Shown: positions 1 to 11,794, counted from the first letter of the stretch. The stretch is DNA of 35,394 nt from Octopus bimaculoides (GCF_001194135.2 NC_068984.1:127193765-127229158), one strand, 5' to 3'. A program made the numbers and translations. The notes: a model not told the origin generated them from the sequence alone.

Positions 1-36
1 GATCCTCCTCCTCCTCCTCCTCCCCCTTCTTCTTAC

Positions 37-60
37 CATTATTATCATTATCATTATTAC

Positions 61-126
<66 letters not shown>
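37..126. repeat. (TTA)n microsatellite, preceded by a short (CCT)n run
   Basis: Directly visible trinucleotide runs. Confidence 0.95.
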
Positions 127-334
127 GGTGGCAAGCTGGTAGAATTGTTAGCACGCTAGATGAAATGCTTAGTGGTATTTTGCCCATCATAACGTTCTGA
201 GTTCAAATTCTGCCAAGGTCAATTTTGCCTTTCATTCTTTTGGGGTCGATAAATTAAGTACCAGTGAAACACTGGGGTCAATGTAATCGACTTAATCCCC
301 TCCCCCAAGCTGCCCTTGTGGCAAAAATTTGAAA
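127..334 (+). mobile_element. tRNA-derived SINE, family B (GGTGGCAAGCTGGTAGAA head; central CCTTTCAT..GGGGTCGATAAA..AAGTACCAG block)
   Basis: Pol III-like head with GAGTTCAAATTC box B, followed by an (ATT/ACT)n tail. Homologous copies at 3827, 24757, 25445, 31565 and 32503. The central block resembles the Meta-type SINE domain from memory only. Confidence 0.8.
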
Positions 335-394
335 TCATTATTATCATTACTACTACTACTACTACTACTACAACTACTACTGCTGCTGCTGCTG

Positions 395-442
<48 letters not shown>

Positions 443-457
443 TTATTATTATTATTA
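335..457. repeat. Compound (TAC)n/(TGC)n/(TAT)n microsatellite (expanded SINE tail)
   Basis: Visible. Explains the poly-Ser, poly-Leu and poly-Asn ORFs at 292-547. Confidence 0.95.
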
Positions 458-458
458 A

Positions 459-517
459 GGTGGCAAGCAGGCAGAATCTTTAGCATGCCAGGCAAAATGC
501 TTAGTGACATTTCATCT
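459..517 (+). mobile_element. Truncated family B SINE head
   Basis: GGTGGCAAGCAGGCAGAATCTTTAGCATGCCAGGCAAAATGCTTAGTG matches the 127-180 head. Confidence 0.75.
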
Positions 518-1238
518 TTAAGAGATATATTATCATACAACAATTAGGTGGCACTTCCTTTCCTATTGATTTTTGACAACAATATCCATCCAATTAGCCT
601 TCATCTCCACTTTTGTGCAGATTAGCATATCATAGAGTATGGTGACTTTATGCTCTGAAACCTTTTCTGAATTATGCTTATGTTACTGCTTTTCTGATGG
701 TGTTTCATAATGATGTCATAACTTGTGTAGCATGAAAACCTAAACTCTGACATACCTGTAGATGTAGTCTCCTTTAGCCAAGACTGGGCAGCCAGAGACA
801 ATATGATTAATTATTTCTTTCCAGCATCTACACTGTTGCAGTGACAGTATGTATATTAGTGTATAATATGCTTTTGATGTGTATATAGTGTACAATATGA
901 TTGTGTACCACTAATCAAGAATACTTTAGTCTCAGCTTTGAATCCTGAACTCCTCAGCCTCCTTTGCAACACAACGCAAACAGGTAATACATACATATAC
1001 AAGTGACGAACAACCATATTTTATCAGAAGAGATCTTTATAAACATCGAGATTTTTATGATATCAAAAGACCACAAATTATACTCTGTTGAGATAGCAGA
1101 AAGGAGATTAATGAGATGATTGGTGAAGTTACTCCATCTGTGGTAGTTATGGTTTTAATTGTCTTGATACTGAATGCATCTTCCTTGACAAGACAAACTG
1201 TCAGGGATCAGATTTCTGAATTCATTAAGTAAGAATTG

Positions 1239-1800
1239 ACAGATGTAGCTATTACAGAGAAATAGGGAGTATCATTAAAAAGAAAAATTAGAGTTGAATC
1301 TATCAGTGTTAGCAAAGATTTAGCAACAAAGAGCAGCAAAACAGAGAAGATAGTAAACTGATTAGAAGAGATAAACAGAAAAGGCATCGCTTACAACACA
1401 CTTGCAGGAAGAAAGGCCCTTAACCACTTCCTTGATGAAGGATATGTTCCTCAGGTTAGGGCACATACTCTGAAACACAAGGGAATGAATAATGTTTGAT
1501 GAGTGAGGATGAGTAAGATAGAATGTAGCAAAAGTCACACTTTGGTCTTTAGAGGACTGTACTATCCAATTCCAAGCAGATGTGAGCAATTTTTTGGAGA
1601 CACTTTGTTGAACAGTCAATAAAGAGCAACAGATGGAGATGGTAGATTTCAATGCCTACCTAGACAGTGTGCAATGAACTTTGGTTGAAAATGCAGAGTG
1701 TTGCAAAAAACTACTTCTGCAGATAAAATAGTAGATATGCTAAATGGCGTCAAGAAATTGTATTATTACTAAGTGGGATATTCTTCACAATGTTATCAGG
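1239..1800 (+). mobile_element. Decayed LINE apurinic endonuclease fragment (CR1/L2-like)
   Basis: Ordered degenerate APE motifs with stops: TDVAITEK* (cf. IAITETW), GLYYPIP (cf. YRPP), MVDFNAYL (cf. GDFNAH), TKWDILHNVI (cf. TRxxNILDLV). Confidence 0.5.
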
Positions 1801-1844
1801 ATGTTGTTGATCTTCCATTACTTTCGCAAACATCAGTAACTTTA

Positions 1845-2029
1845 TTCAGCTGAATATACATCTTTGATTGGTTAAAATTACCCAAATACGACAACTTTTA
1901 CAGGAAATAACTTCTAAAATACAAAACTTTGTCAAAAACGTTAAGAGTAAACCGTGTTCTACGTGACACATTCAACCAGTATCCAAAGTTTCAAACTGTT
2001 TAGTTAAAAAGAATGAATTTTAAAAAATC
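1845..2029. mobile_element. Single arm of an inverted-repeat element related to the 14389-14980 MITE
   Basis: GATTGGTTAAAATTACCCAAATACGACAACTTT and TGACACATTCAACCAGTATCCAAAGTTTCAAACTGTTT match the reverse complement of the MITE left arm, ending in TTTTAAAAAATCT. Confidence 0.6.
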
Positions 2030-3826
2030 TGTGACTGAGATTGAAAAGATCTAAGAAACACAATTTCAAAGCTGTCATTTTGTCGGTGACTGCACAATTT
2101 GTCAACGTCCTGAAAATAGCACTTGTATTTTGATATGAAACCCCAGGAAATTTTTGCAAATTTGAATTCTACACGCAGGACTTCATACGATTATGCCTAA
2201 AAAAAAAATTGTAGTAGAGTGTGATTTAAGGCCTAGGCCTATTTGGCTGCTATTTTTAGCATGCATAACAATCATCTAAATGACTGTGACAAAAATATTC
2301 GATCAATAAACAAGTCCGCTTTTTAATACAAAGGGATATCTCATGTAAGTAGTCAAATCGATAAAAGTGCATCCTTATTCTAGGCATGCCTAGATATCAG
2401 TAAATGCAGACTTAATTTCTAAAAATTCATTGTCACCCACAAAATGTTCATATCGCCCACCATTTTCTAGCAATTCGCCCATTGCCCACTTGTAAGTTGA
2501 AATCGCCCATTTTGGGAAGCTATAATTTAGATCAATCTAGAGATTATGACAGCTATTGCCATTTGATAGTCATGCTAAGAAGAAATGGTTTCAAAGGCTG
2601 GATTACTATAATGTGCAGAAGTGTCTGTTTGGTGGGAAAACACTTGAAACTTCTGTATGCTATAGCACAAAAACCTTTGCTATAAAAATTGGAGATATTG
2701 AAGAGCACCTCACTTGAACTATGACATATAAAGGTCATGTCTGTTTATGTAGGTGTCACCATTATGATGTTGGACACTAAGATGGTTAGCACTATTCTGA
2801 ATAAGTACCTAGAGGCAATGAGAGCATGCATTAACCAAGAAAAGTTAGTGGGTTTACAACCCAGCACCTAGAGAGACAAGTCCATATGGGAGGGTGCTCA
2901 CTGTGGCAGATCCAAGAGATCAGTTGAGGTTGTTCGATTCAAACTGGACTTTTAGGTAAAGAATAACAAGAGGTCAGAGAAGGCTGGCAATCTTATTCAG
3001 AAATAGGTTGAGAGGAGGAAGTGGTCAAAGAAAGTCAGGCAGAAGTAACTTATGGCTATATCAATTCACCTGACTGTGATACCTTGTCCCAGGAAACTTC
3101 TGATCAAAGTCAACTACATATTCTTTCACTTTAGTGGAAGGGATAACTTCAGTAGGGATTCATTTAATGTCTATGCATTTTCAACTGGTGTACTCATGTT
3201 GAACAGTTGTCATCACTTGTGGTATGGATCTAGCTGTTACCTGGGTGTACTGTAAAAGGAATGGTGAGGAGATTTCCTCTGTCTGATGGCCATGGTGAAA
3301 GAAGTTATTGTGAATGCACTTGAAACACTTGAGTTCAGCTTTTCCCCTTAGGTTATACTCTCATCAATTTCTTTTATGTGCTATATATGTAGAAAGTCTT
3401 TTATGTGCTATATATGTAGAAAGTCAATTTTATGAAAGGTGAGTGAGTGGCAAAACTGGCATGGTTAGATAAATCCACATTATGTGGTTGTAGGCAAATG
3501 AAAAGAACGGGAAGAAGGTACTGGCTTTTGGTGTTGTAAAGTAAAAATTTGAGGGTTTAAGTAGGATGACCTGAATCATTCTTTGTAGTTATCCAGAGGT
3601 ATTCTTTCTTGTCCTTATTTTGGTGTTTTGTACAATGTTAGCGTTGTTTATTATTGAATATTTATTAATGTAATAAACATTTATCTCAATGTAACTTCCC
3701 AACTGATTCCTGTTATTGTTCTTTTTCTTTTGTATTTTGCCTTTATACTGTCCCCAATATCTTGAATCTTTATGGACAAAAAAATTATCATTGACAGCAG
3801 TGGTGTTATTATTATTATTATTCCTA

Positions 3827-4042
3827 GGAGCGGTGAGCTGGTAGAATCACTAGCACGCTGGACGAGACGCTTAATTGTATTTCGCCTGTTGCTACGTCCT
3901 GAGTTCAAATTTTACATGGTTGACTTTGATTTTCATCCTTTTGGGGTTGATAAATTAAGTACCAGTGAAATACTAGTGGGGTCAATGTAATCAACTAGTC
4001 CCCACCCACAAAATTTTTGGCCTTGTGCCTTTAGTAGAAAGG
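3827..4042 (+). mobile_element. tRNA-derived SINE, family B
   Basis: Collinear with 127-334: GGAGCGGTGAGCTGGTAGAATC...GAGTTCAAATT...GGGGTTGATAAATTAAGTACCAG...GGCCTTGTGCC. Confidence 0.85.
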
Positions 4043-4129
4043 ATGATTATAATTATTCCTTTCTACAATAGGCACAAGGCCTGTATTATTATAATTATTT
4101 ATTATTGTATACGGTTGTCCATGTCTGTT

Positions 4130-4222
4130 ATACATACATACATACAAACAAACATACATACAAACAAACATACANNNNNNNNNNCATACATACAAACAAA
4201 CATACATACAAACAAACATACA
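4130..4222. repeat. Compound (CATA)/(CAAA) microsatellite spanning a 10-N gap
   Basis: Visible. Confidence 0.9.
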
Positions 4223-4860
4223 TTGTGACTGTCAACTTGCAAATGAATATGACCATCATTTGCAAATTATCTGATTCTAGCTGTTAAACACAATGGCTAT
4301 CAGCAACGCCTATGCTGAAATTTAGAGTCAATTACAGCTTGCACAGCATCACTAAAACTCTCACCTACAAAGCCAAGTAGTCCAGAAACAAGCAAGTGCA
4401 AGATCTCTGACTTCTCAATGATGTGGATGTTATTTCAGAATTTCCTTCTTCTAGAGAAATGTCGAACCAAAGACTACAGGTCTCTCCCTACAAGTTGCAG
4501 GATGGCCATTTATTCTAATGAGTTAACGGGTCCTTTGACAAGTTTTGTTTTTCAAAGGTTACTGGATTAGTCACTGGTAACCTGGACCATGCAGGGGTTG
4601 TACTGGGTTACATGTTGCCGGTAGCACTAAAATTGATCTAAGTTCTGACATACACACACACCTGCCCATACATACATACATACGTACGTACATACATACA
4701 TACATACATACATACATACATACATACATACATGCATATACATATGTATATATATTTTATATTGATATTAATATAATCAATTCAACATAAACTCACACAA
4801 TTTTTGTGATTCTTTTTTTGTATTTTGTAATGCATCCATCACTCTTGTGACAAATAAAAG

Positions 4861-5154
<294 letters not shown>

Positions 5155-5179
5155 AGATTATCGTGATTAATGTATTTAC

Positions 5180-5342
5180 CTTCAATAATTGAGAGTGAGG
5201 AAGTTCAGTGAAATTATTGATGGCTATTTCCTTCTTCGTTCTGGCCAGCTGAGCAGTTGGCCTGAATGGTCTTCCAATTGTAGATACAGGATAACTCACT
5301 TGTTGTGCAGGAGATAGGGGAGACAAGGATCCATTTGAATGA
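5180..5342 (-). CDS. Coding exon of unidentified minus-strand gene (HSNGSLSPLSPAQQVSYPVSTIGRPFRPTAQLARTKKEIAINNFTELPHSQLLK)
   Basis: Acceptor tattttatctcttttattgataaag|T and donor AAG|gtaaat. 163 nt = 1 + 54 codons with no stop. Phase-2 start matches the phase-2 end of exon 6606-6880. Confidence 0.75.
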
Positions 5343-5527
5343 CTTTATCAATAAAAGAGATAAAATATCAAGATGTTAATTATTTCACACCTGAAGGGAA
5401 ATGACAGATTTGGCACTAGACAACAAATAATAGACATTCAAATTATATGGTAACTTCAGAGAAATACAATAGCTGTGACTCTATTTACAGAAATATCACA
5501 TACTTAGTTGTGACTGTACGTTTAAGC

Positions 5528-5720
5528 AGGTGCTAGAATGGCTGTGTGGTTAAGAAGATTGTTTTCCAACCACATGGTTTCAGGTTCAGTCCCACTGCAT
5601 GGCATATTGGGTGAGTGTCTCCGACTATGGCAATGGGCTGACCAAAGCCTTGTGAGTGAATGTGGTTGATGAAAACTGAAAAGAAACCTGTCATACATAG
5701 GCACGTGTGTGTGTGTGTTT
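5528..5720 (+). mobile_element. tRNA-derived SINE, family A (CORE-like), degraded
   Basis: Head TGGCTGTGTGGTTAAG...GGTTCAGTCCCACTGCATGGCA then GACCAAAGCCTTGTGAGTG. It is the reverse complement of the better copy at 12881-13289. Confidence 0.8.
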
Positions 5721-5827
5721 CTATAGAGAGGTTATGTGTCTCCAGCCAATGAGTCTGATGAGTCACTTTATACAGCTAAGAGCTTTATAGGTGTGTAACC
5801 AATGGTTACTTTCTGAACAACCATATA

Positions 5828-5835
5828 AATATATA

Positions 5836-5886
<51 letters not shown>
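5828..5886. repeat. (TA)n microsatellite
   Basis: Visible. Confidence 0.95.
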
Positions 5887-5890
<4 letters not shown>

Positions 5891-6164
5891 CATACATACA
5901 TAAATGGCACTGTGCTGGTGGCACATAAAAAGCACCTTTCAAGCATTGGGCCTCATGGAGGCAATGATTGAGACCTTTGGTATGAGACCTTACTTGGAAA
6001 ACAGTACAGAGTTAGCAACAGGAAAGGCATCCATCTGTACAGCTATGTCTTAGCGGCATATTTGTCTAACATATGCTAGCATGCAAAAATGAATATAAAC
6101 ACAAATAAATGAAAGGCCACAGTCAAATGACTGAAACAAGTAAAAGAAAAAAGAACATTTTATT

Positions 6165-6390
6165 TTTCTCTATGGCATCTTCTTTACTCTTAAAACACTT
6201 GACTACCATGCTGTTACACCGATAATTGTGTATGATCCCTTCCTGTACAACTTGATTAATTATGCAGGTGACTAGGCCATATCCTATTCTGCCAGATATT
6301 TTAAATATCTGTAACACTGCTGCCATTAAGAATGGCTAGACCCTCTGTCAAATTCACATTATGAAAATTCTCTGTCTCCACACTTAGCAG
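6165..6390 (-). mobile_element. Decayed RTE-clade LINE reverse transcriptase fragment
   Basis: ORF 6123-6326 reads KISGRIGYGLVTCIINQVVQEGIIHNYRCNSMVVKCFKSKEDAIEKNK, matching the RTE segment that precedes the RT core (..EGxIPxDW..IVxxxKGKGDAL..NYRG). Confidence 0.7.
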
Positions 6391-6605
6391 CCATTCATAA
6401 TAGCATTTCATAACTCTTTCTTTTCAGAAATATGAGGATATCTGGGTAGAATCTAATTTATGCGTGAATTCTGTAGAGATTTCATGATTTTTAAACAAGC
6501 ACTAAAAGTAAAAGTTTGGAAATTCAAATTTCAATTAATTTTCATAAATTTAAATATATCACTTTCTTTTTTTTTTTATTATTCTTTGATTTTTTTTTCA
6601 CTCAC

Positions 6606-6880
6606 CTGTATTTATTGGACATTTTAATCTGATGGAGTGTAGTGATAAATGGTGAGGTGTATTTAGATCTTGGACTGGTATTTTGAAATTCAGAATTTTC
6701 CCAATAATGCTGAGTACCTTCTGTGAAAGAAGATTCTGAGGATTCTATAGGTTCCATCAGTTCGTTCTTACAAAGGGTGGGTACTACAGCGAAGCCCGAC
6801 AGTTGAGTGCTGGGAGAAGAGTATGTTTCACTTATACTGTGGTCAGTAGCATAACTGTAGTCAGTTTCTGAATAATCAAC
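6606..6880 (-). CDS. Coding exon of unidentified minus-strand gene (VDYSETDYSYATDH...HQIKMSNKY)
   Basis: Acceptor aattctccctttag|GTT and consensus donor ACAG|gtgagt. 275 nt = 91 codons + 2 with no stop; phase 0 to phase 2. Missed by the ORF track because it lacks an early ATG. Confidence 0.85.
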
Positions 6881-7164
6881 CTAAAGGGAGAATTAGATGA
6901 GATTAAAATGACAATTTATTGCTCTTAATCAAATTTTATTATTCACTATACACAACCTCCACAAATTCATATTCATTGCATACAAATCCATCTCCATCTC
7001 TAAACATTTCTCACACTAACTTCACTCTGGTGCATTTACCTACCCATCCATCTTTGTCTTTCACAGTTACATTGCACCTTGATTTTACATCTCTCTTTCT
7101 CTTTCCAGGAGGGGAAACCATTTATTCACCACTTCAGCAAGACACTAGCTCCAGCCTTCGCATC

Positions 7165-7450
7165 ATACTTAGAAAGCATTCAGTCCACAGTGTGAAGTGG
7201 TTGGCATTTGGAAAGGGCATCCAACTGTAAAAACCATGCCAAAACTGACCTTATCTGTACTGGTGCCATGTAAAAAGCACTCAGTCCACTCTGTTGGGAT
7301 GTTTGGTGTTAGGAAGAGCATCCAGTCATAAAAGCCATGCCAAAACAGACACAGAAGTTTGGTGTAGTCTTCTACCTGGCCAGCTTCTGTCAAACCATTC
7401 AATCCATGCCAGCATAGAAGGTGGACATTAAACGATGATGATAATGATGA
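7165..7450 (+). mobile_element. 3' module of an abundant (GAT)n-tailed retroposon, with an internal tandem duplication
   Basis: Two successive AAAGCA.TCAGTCCAC...GGAAxxGCATCCA...CATGCCAAAAC blocks, then CCATGCCAGCATAGAAGGTGGACATTAAACGATGATG. Related copies at about 7520-7750, 9440-9995, 20740-20995, 25761-25888 and 29700-29909. Confidence 0.75.
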
Positions 7451-8291
7451 TATCCCGCAACACTATATCCCACTTAATAGAGGGATTTTGTCTTGTAGAC
7501 TTGGTGGCCTCAAAAGAACTGGTATTATGAAAACAAAGTCCCTTGTACACTCTATGAAGTAGTTCACACTAGGAAGGACATCCAGGTGTTGAAATCATGC
7601 CAAAGTAGACATTGGATCTTGGCACAACTCTTCAGCTCATCAAGACATGTTGAACCATCGAACCCATGCCATCATGAAAAAACAGATGTTAAAAAATAGT
7701 GGTGGTGGTGGTGGTGGTGGTGGCATGACAGTGATGATGATGATGATGACGACTCAATATATCTTTTGAAACATTACTCCATAAGTGAAGAACTATTGCT
7801 GTTTGGCCCCAGTGTCCTAGATGTGTCTTTTTAAGACAGTAGGATATGAGGGATTTGTCTTATTTATAGTCACCTCAGTGACTACAAAGAGGCTCCAACA
7901 CTGGCTTATCAAACAAAGAGTTCATGAGGTTGCTTATCCACTGCTTGGCCTTGATTCAGCTGAACTAGAACTAAAGGCATTCTTGTTATGAGCACCTTAA
8001 CTTTTGGCATTTCTAGAACTATTTTATCTGCTTTTCTTTTAATTTAAGGGAGACTTAGCAGCTATTTCTACCAATTCAAGTTCACTGACTCAAAGGAAAG
8101 GTGACATATAGGCAATATGTGAAATATGGAGAAGGAAATACACTGACTGAAGAGGAATGAGTTAAATATAGTTAAGGTGTGCAATTGCCAATTTACTAGA
8201 AGACTGAGTAAGTGACTAGGTATCAGAAATATTACTGGATATGCACATTAAATACAAATATATTACTTTTAACATGTATTGGAAGATTACA

Positions 8292-8639
8292 GGTAAGTTT
8301 ACCCCCATCAATTCATCACAGGAGAGTTCACCACCATCAGTTCATCATGAAGAAAGTTCACCGTGAGGGAAGTTTACTGAGAAAATATATCCATAGTATC
8401 TCACCATTGTGTTAAAAATAACTTTATTGAAAAAAAAAAAAAGTAATGAAGATCAAAACATGCAATCAGGGATTTTATCTTTTGGATTAAAACATAGTAT
8501 GTACTAAATATGAAGAAGAAAAAAAGCTTAATTTTAAATTCATACTTCTTTACAACATAAATCAATACAAAATTCAAATTTACATTATTCAAAATTGTGT
8601 TTGAATCGATGACGGTGAATTGATGACCGTGAACTTACC
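8292..8639. mobile_element. Non-autonomous TIR element (MITE) with GGTAAGTT termini
   Basis: Left GGTAAGTTTACCCCCATCAATTCATC versus right reverse complement GGTAAGTTCACGGTCATCAATTCACC (21/26). AT-rich interior; no clear TSD. Confidence 0.6.
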
Positions 8640-9210
8640 AGACATTGGACTGGAATGTAAAATATCTCTAAGATAACATAAGGGAGTATTCATATTTGAG
8701 TTAGTGGTCAGGGTATTCATCCAATGACGAAATGGATTTCCACCAGGAAATGTACCATCTGCTCACCTATTCTCGAAACAGCTGTAAGGGACTATCTGCA
8801 CACCTTTTGCCCTCTTCTTATCCAGCTTTGTATTCTACCTACAATGACCAGCTCTACCTAATACCAGTAATTTGTATTAAGCATATAACTGTCCTGGGTG
8901 AATACTGGCATATAGCATAACCATTATGAACACTCCTCAACTGATCTTTTATTGACCTGTTGTGATCTAAACTCCATAACATTCAATTCTACTCTCATGT
9001 TCTGTCAATGCTTAAATAAATAAATGTCATAATCTGACCTGGCACCAGCTGTTTGCCTGTTTATACCTTTATTCTATTATACACGTACCAGCTCAATTGA
9101 AACACTGTCTATGGCTGATCTTCATTATGCAACAATTTTTTAGCTGCAGATGGAATTAGAGTTTTGGAAGCAAATCAATTTGAGCACTAATTCTACAAAC
9201 CCATTATCTT

Positions 9211-9336
<126 letters not shown>

Positions 9337-9438
9337 ATGTGTGTGTGTATGCACGTGTGTATTATACATATACGTATACATTATACATATATACATGTAT
9401 ATATGCATAGATATATATATGTGCATGTATGTAAAAAA

Positions 9439-9995
9439 ACATTCATGCTGGCACCATGTACAAGAACACTCATGCCAGCATCACATAAAATGCACCCATG
9501 CTGGCTTCATATAAAAAGTACCCAGTACACTCTTTAAAATGGTTGGTATTAGGAAGGATATCCANNNNNNNNNNNNNNNNNNNNNNNNNNNNNNNNNNNN
9601 NNNNNNNNNNNNNNNNNNNNNNNNNNNNNNNNNNNNNNNNNNNNNNNNNNNNNNNNNNNNNNNNNNNNNNNNNNNNNNNNNNNNNNNNNNNNNNNNNNNN
9701 NNNNNNNNNNNNNNNNNNNNNNNNNNNNNNNNNNNNNNNNNNNNNNNNNACATTCATGCTGGCACCATGTACAAGAACACTCATGCCAGCATCACATAAA
9801 AGCACCCATGCTGGCTTCATAGAAAAAGTACCCAGTACACTCTTTAAAATGGTTGGTATTAGGAAGGATATCCAGCTGTTGAAACCATGTCAAAACAGAC
9901 AAATGGCACCTGGTGCAGCATTCTGGCTTGCTAGCTCCTGTCAAACTGTTCCACCAATGCCAGCATGGAAAACAGATGTTAAATGATGATGATGA
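9439..9995 (+). mobile_element. (GAT)n-tailed retroposon 3' module, broken by an assembly gap
   Basis: TTAGGAAGGATATCCAGCTG...ATGCCAGCATGGAAAACAGATGTTAAATGATGATGATG. Confidence 0.75.
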
Positions 9996-10203
9996 TGATA
10001 TATGCATACATACATATGAGCGAACAAATGAAAGACAATAACACTCAACACATTTGGTAGGAGTTATATGTTTTTAATAACAGCCTGACTTAGTTCGACA
10101 CACTCACATACAAATGTACCTATTTGTATATATATATTTTTCAAATAAATTACGTAACATCCTTCTCCAACTACAGTTCTCATATTCGGTTAAAATGTCT
10201 TAC

Positions 10204-10291
10204 GTTTAAGCTGGTTCTCATGCATTTCCCTGAAGAGAAGATTACATTCTTATCAACATCACTTATTCTTATGGAAGGTATAATTTGTAAT
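10204..10291 (-). CDS. Coding exon of unidentified minus-strand gene (LQIIPSIRISDVDKNVIFSSGKCMRTSLN)
   Basis: Acceptor cttttatttccaacatatgtttcaaag|A and donor AAC|gtaaga. 88 nt = 1 + 29 codons; phase 2 to phase 0, compatible with both neighbours. Confidence 0.7.
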
Positions 10292-10358
10292 CTTTGAAAC
10301 ATATGTTGGAAATAAAAGTATGCAGTTAACATATGCGTTTTACTCCATTTACTAAATT

Positions 10359-10361
<3 letters not shown>

Positions 10362-10411
<50 letters not shown>
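10362..10411. repeat. (CA)n microsatellite
   Basis: Visible. Confidence 0.95.
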
Positions 10412-10412
<1 letters not shown>

Positions 10413-11010
10413 TATAGCAAAAATTTAGAGCTTGGAATGCCTTTGTAGCGAGTCATGTTAGCACTATTTTGTTGTGGTGGCATGGCACAGTCGTGCTATG
10501 CCAAAATCATTCAATCACTGCTGGCCGCATAGGATACACACGATCCAGCAGTGAAGCACAAGTTTTGAAGGGCAAATATCAGTTCCTGAGAAGACATCAA
10601 GATGTAAACATATCAGTTGTTTGTCCAGACGACAAAACGTTGCTGAATTAATGCCAATCAGAAAACAGCATTCAATCAACTATGGGATTTCTATCTCACC
10701 TCACAACCACTACAAAACTCATTGGATATTTTAGATTTGCAGCCAAGTACTGTACTATATTGATGTTTATTAAGAAATTAACTCATGTCTCACTATACCC
10801 TGTTGCCTTGAACGCTTACCTCTGATGTGCCTACCACTTTATATGTGACCACGGAATAAATCGTGATGTTCATTTGCATAAAAAAACATTGTCTTCTGGT
10901 ATTTATCATTACATCCCTGTAAACACTTATTTCTGAAACTTTCTTACATACACACTATCCTAGCCAATGTGGTATCGTCTTTCTAATCTTCCTCTTGTTA
11001 CACCTTCTCG

Positions 11011-11677
11011 GATGTGGTGTAGAATTTCCTTGGGAACAGGAAAGCTGACAACTGTCAAGAGATTGTGAAGGAACTGCTCTTGAGTTTGCAGGCACTTGAA
11101 TATAGAATGAGCATTAGATTGCATTGCTTACACAGTCACTTGGGTGAGTTTCCAGGGAACCTGGGTCATGTTAGCAAAGAACATGGTGAATGCATTCATC
11201 AGAATATAAAAGTAACAGAAGAACACTACCAAGGCCAATGGGACATAAACATGATGGCAGACTGCTGCTGGAGATTAATGAGAGACATTCCAGAGGTTGT
11301 GCACAAGAAATCGTCAAAAACTAGGAAGTTCTTGCAGTAATAAGATAATCAGAATGAATGACCACAATGATTAAAGATTCTGTATTCATGTTTTGTTATC
11401 ACCAAGCTTAATTCTTACATGCATTTACTTCCACAATTTGTGTTTTGATTTATTGGATTTTAAAAAATGACATATTATCAATTAAAAATTGCATCTATGT
11501 ATGTTTAATTCTTCCTTTATGAACATTAAATACCTGTTTCTAGCAAATCTAAAAGATTTAATATCTCAAAAATCTGATGTGATAGACAAAATTTTATGTC
11601 AGATTTGGATTCAGCACCTCAGAATTAGCTAAAACCTATCGATAAACCTTGTGCCAGAAAATATGTGTTGACCAGTG
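11011..11677 (+). mobile_element. 3' half of a DNA transposon, probably Chapaev3-like (CMC): transposase C-terminus plus right terminus
   Basis: DVV*NFLGNRKADNCQEIVKELLLSLQALEYRMSIRLHCLHSHLGEFPGNLGHVSKEHGECIHQNIKVTEEHYQGQWDINMMADCCW matches the widespread MSxKxHFLHSHL..LG.VSDEHGERFHQ..YQG.W...MMADYCW transposase tail. Right end ...TTGACCAGTG (reverse complement CACTGGTCAA). Superfamily assigned from memory. Confidence 0.75.
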
Positions 11678-11755
11678 TAATTTCTTTTAAGTCACAAAAT
11701 TTTAAAAAAAGAATGCAAAGAGTTTAGCAATAAAAGGCAAGTTCATAGAATACTT

Positions 11756-11794
<39 letters not shown>

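Noticed and set aside
2379-2394. 16-bp perfect palindrome TCTAGGCATGCCTAGA
   Set aside because: Roughly one palindrome of this size is expected by chance in 35 kb, and it sits within a decayed repeat.
2700-3360. Possible LINE relics here and at 545-840, 6950-7160, 20270-20680 and 26655-26800
   Set aside because: Only faint, frameshifted motif echoes; probably old LINE debris but not supportable by eye.
4290-4650. Candidate next or terminal exon (NLDQF*, CYRQHVTQYNPCMVQVTSD*, EEGNSEIT…)
   Set aside because: Several short alternatives, poor acceptors and stops in all long frames; cannot choose without RNA data.
9439-9874. About 125-bp direct repeat on either side of the 9565-9749 gap
   Set aside because: Near-identical copies (2 differences) ending and starting exactly at a gap are the signature of unmerged overlapping contigs or haplotypes, not a real duplication.
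10491-10508. Minus-strand DFGIAR, resembling a kinase activation-loop motif
   Set aside because: Stops lie a few codons up- and downstream, there are no other kinase motifs, and no suitable splice sites flank it.
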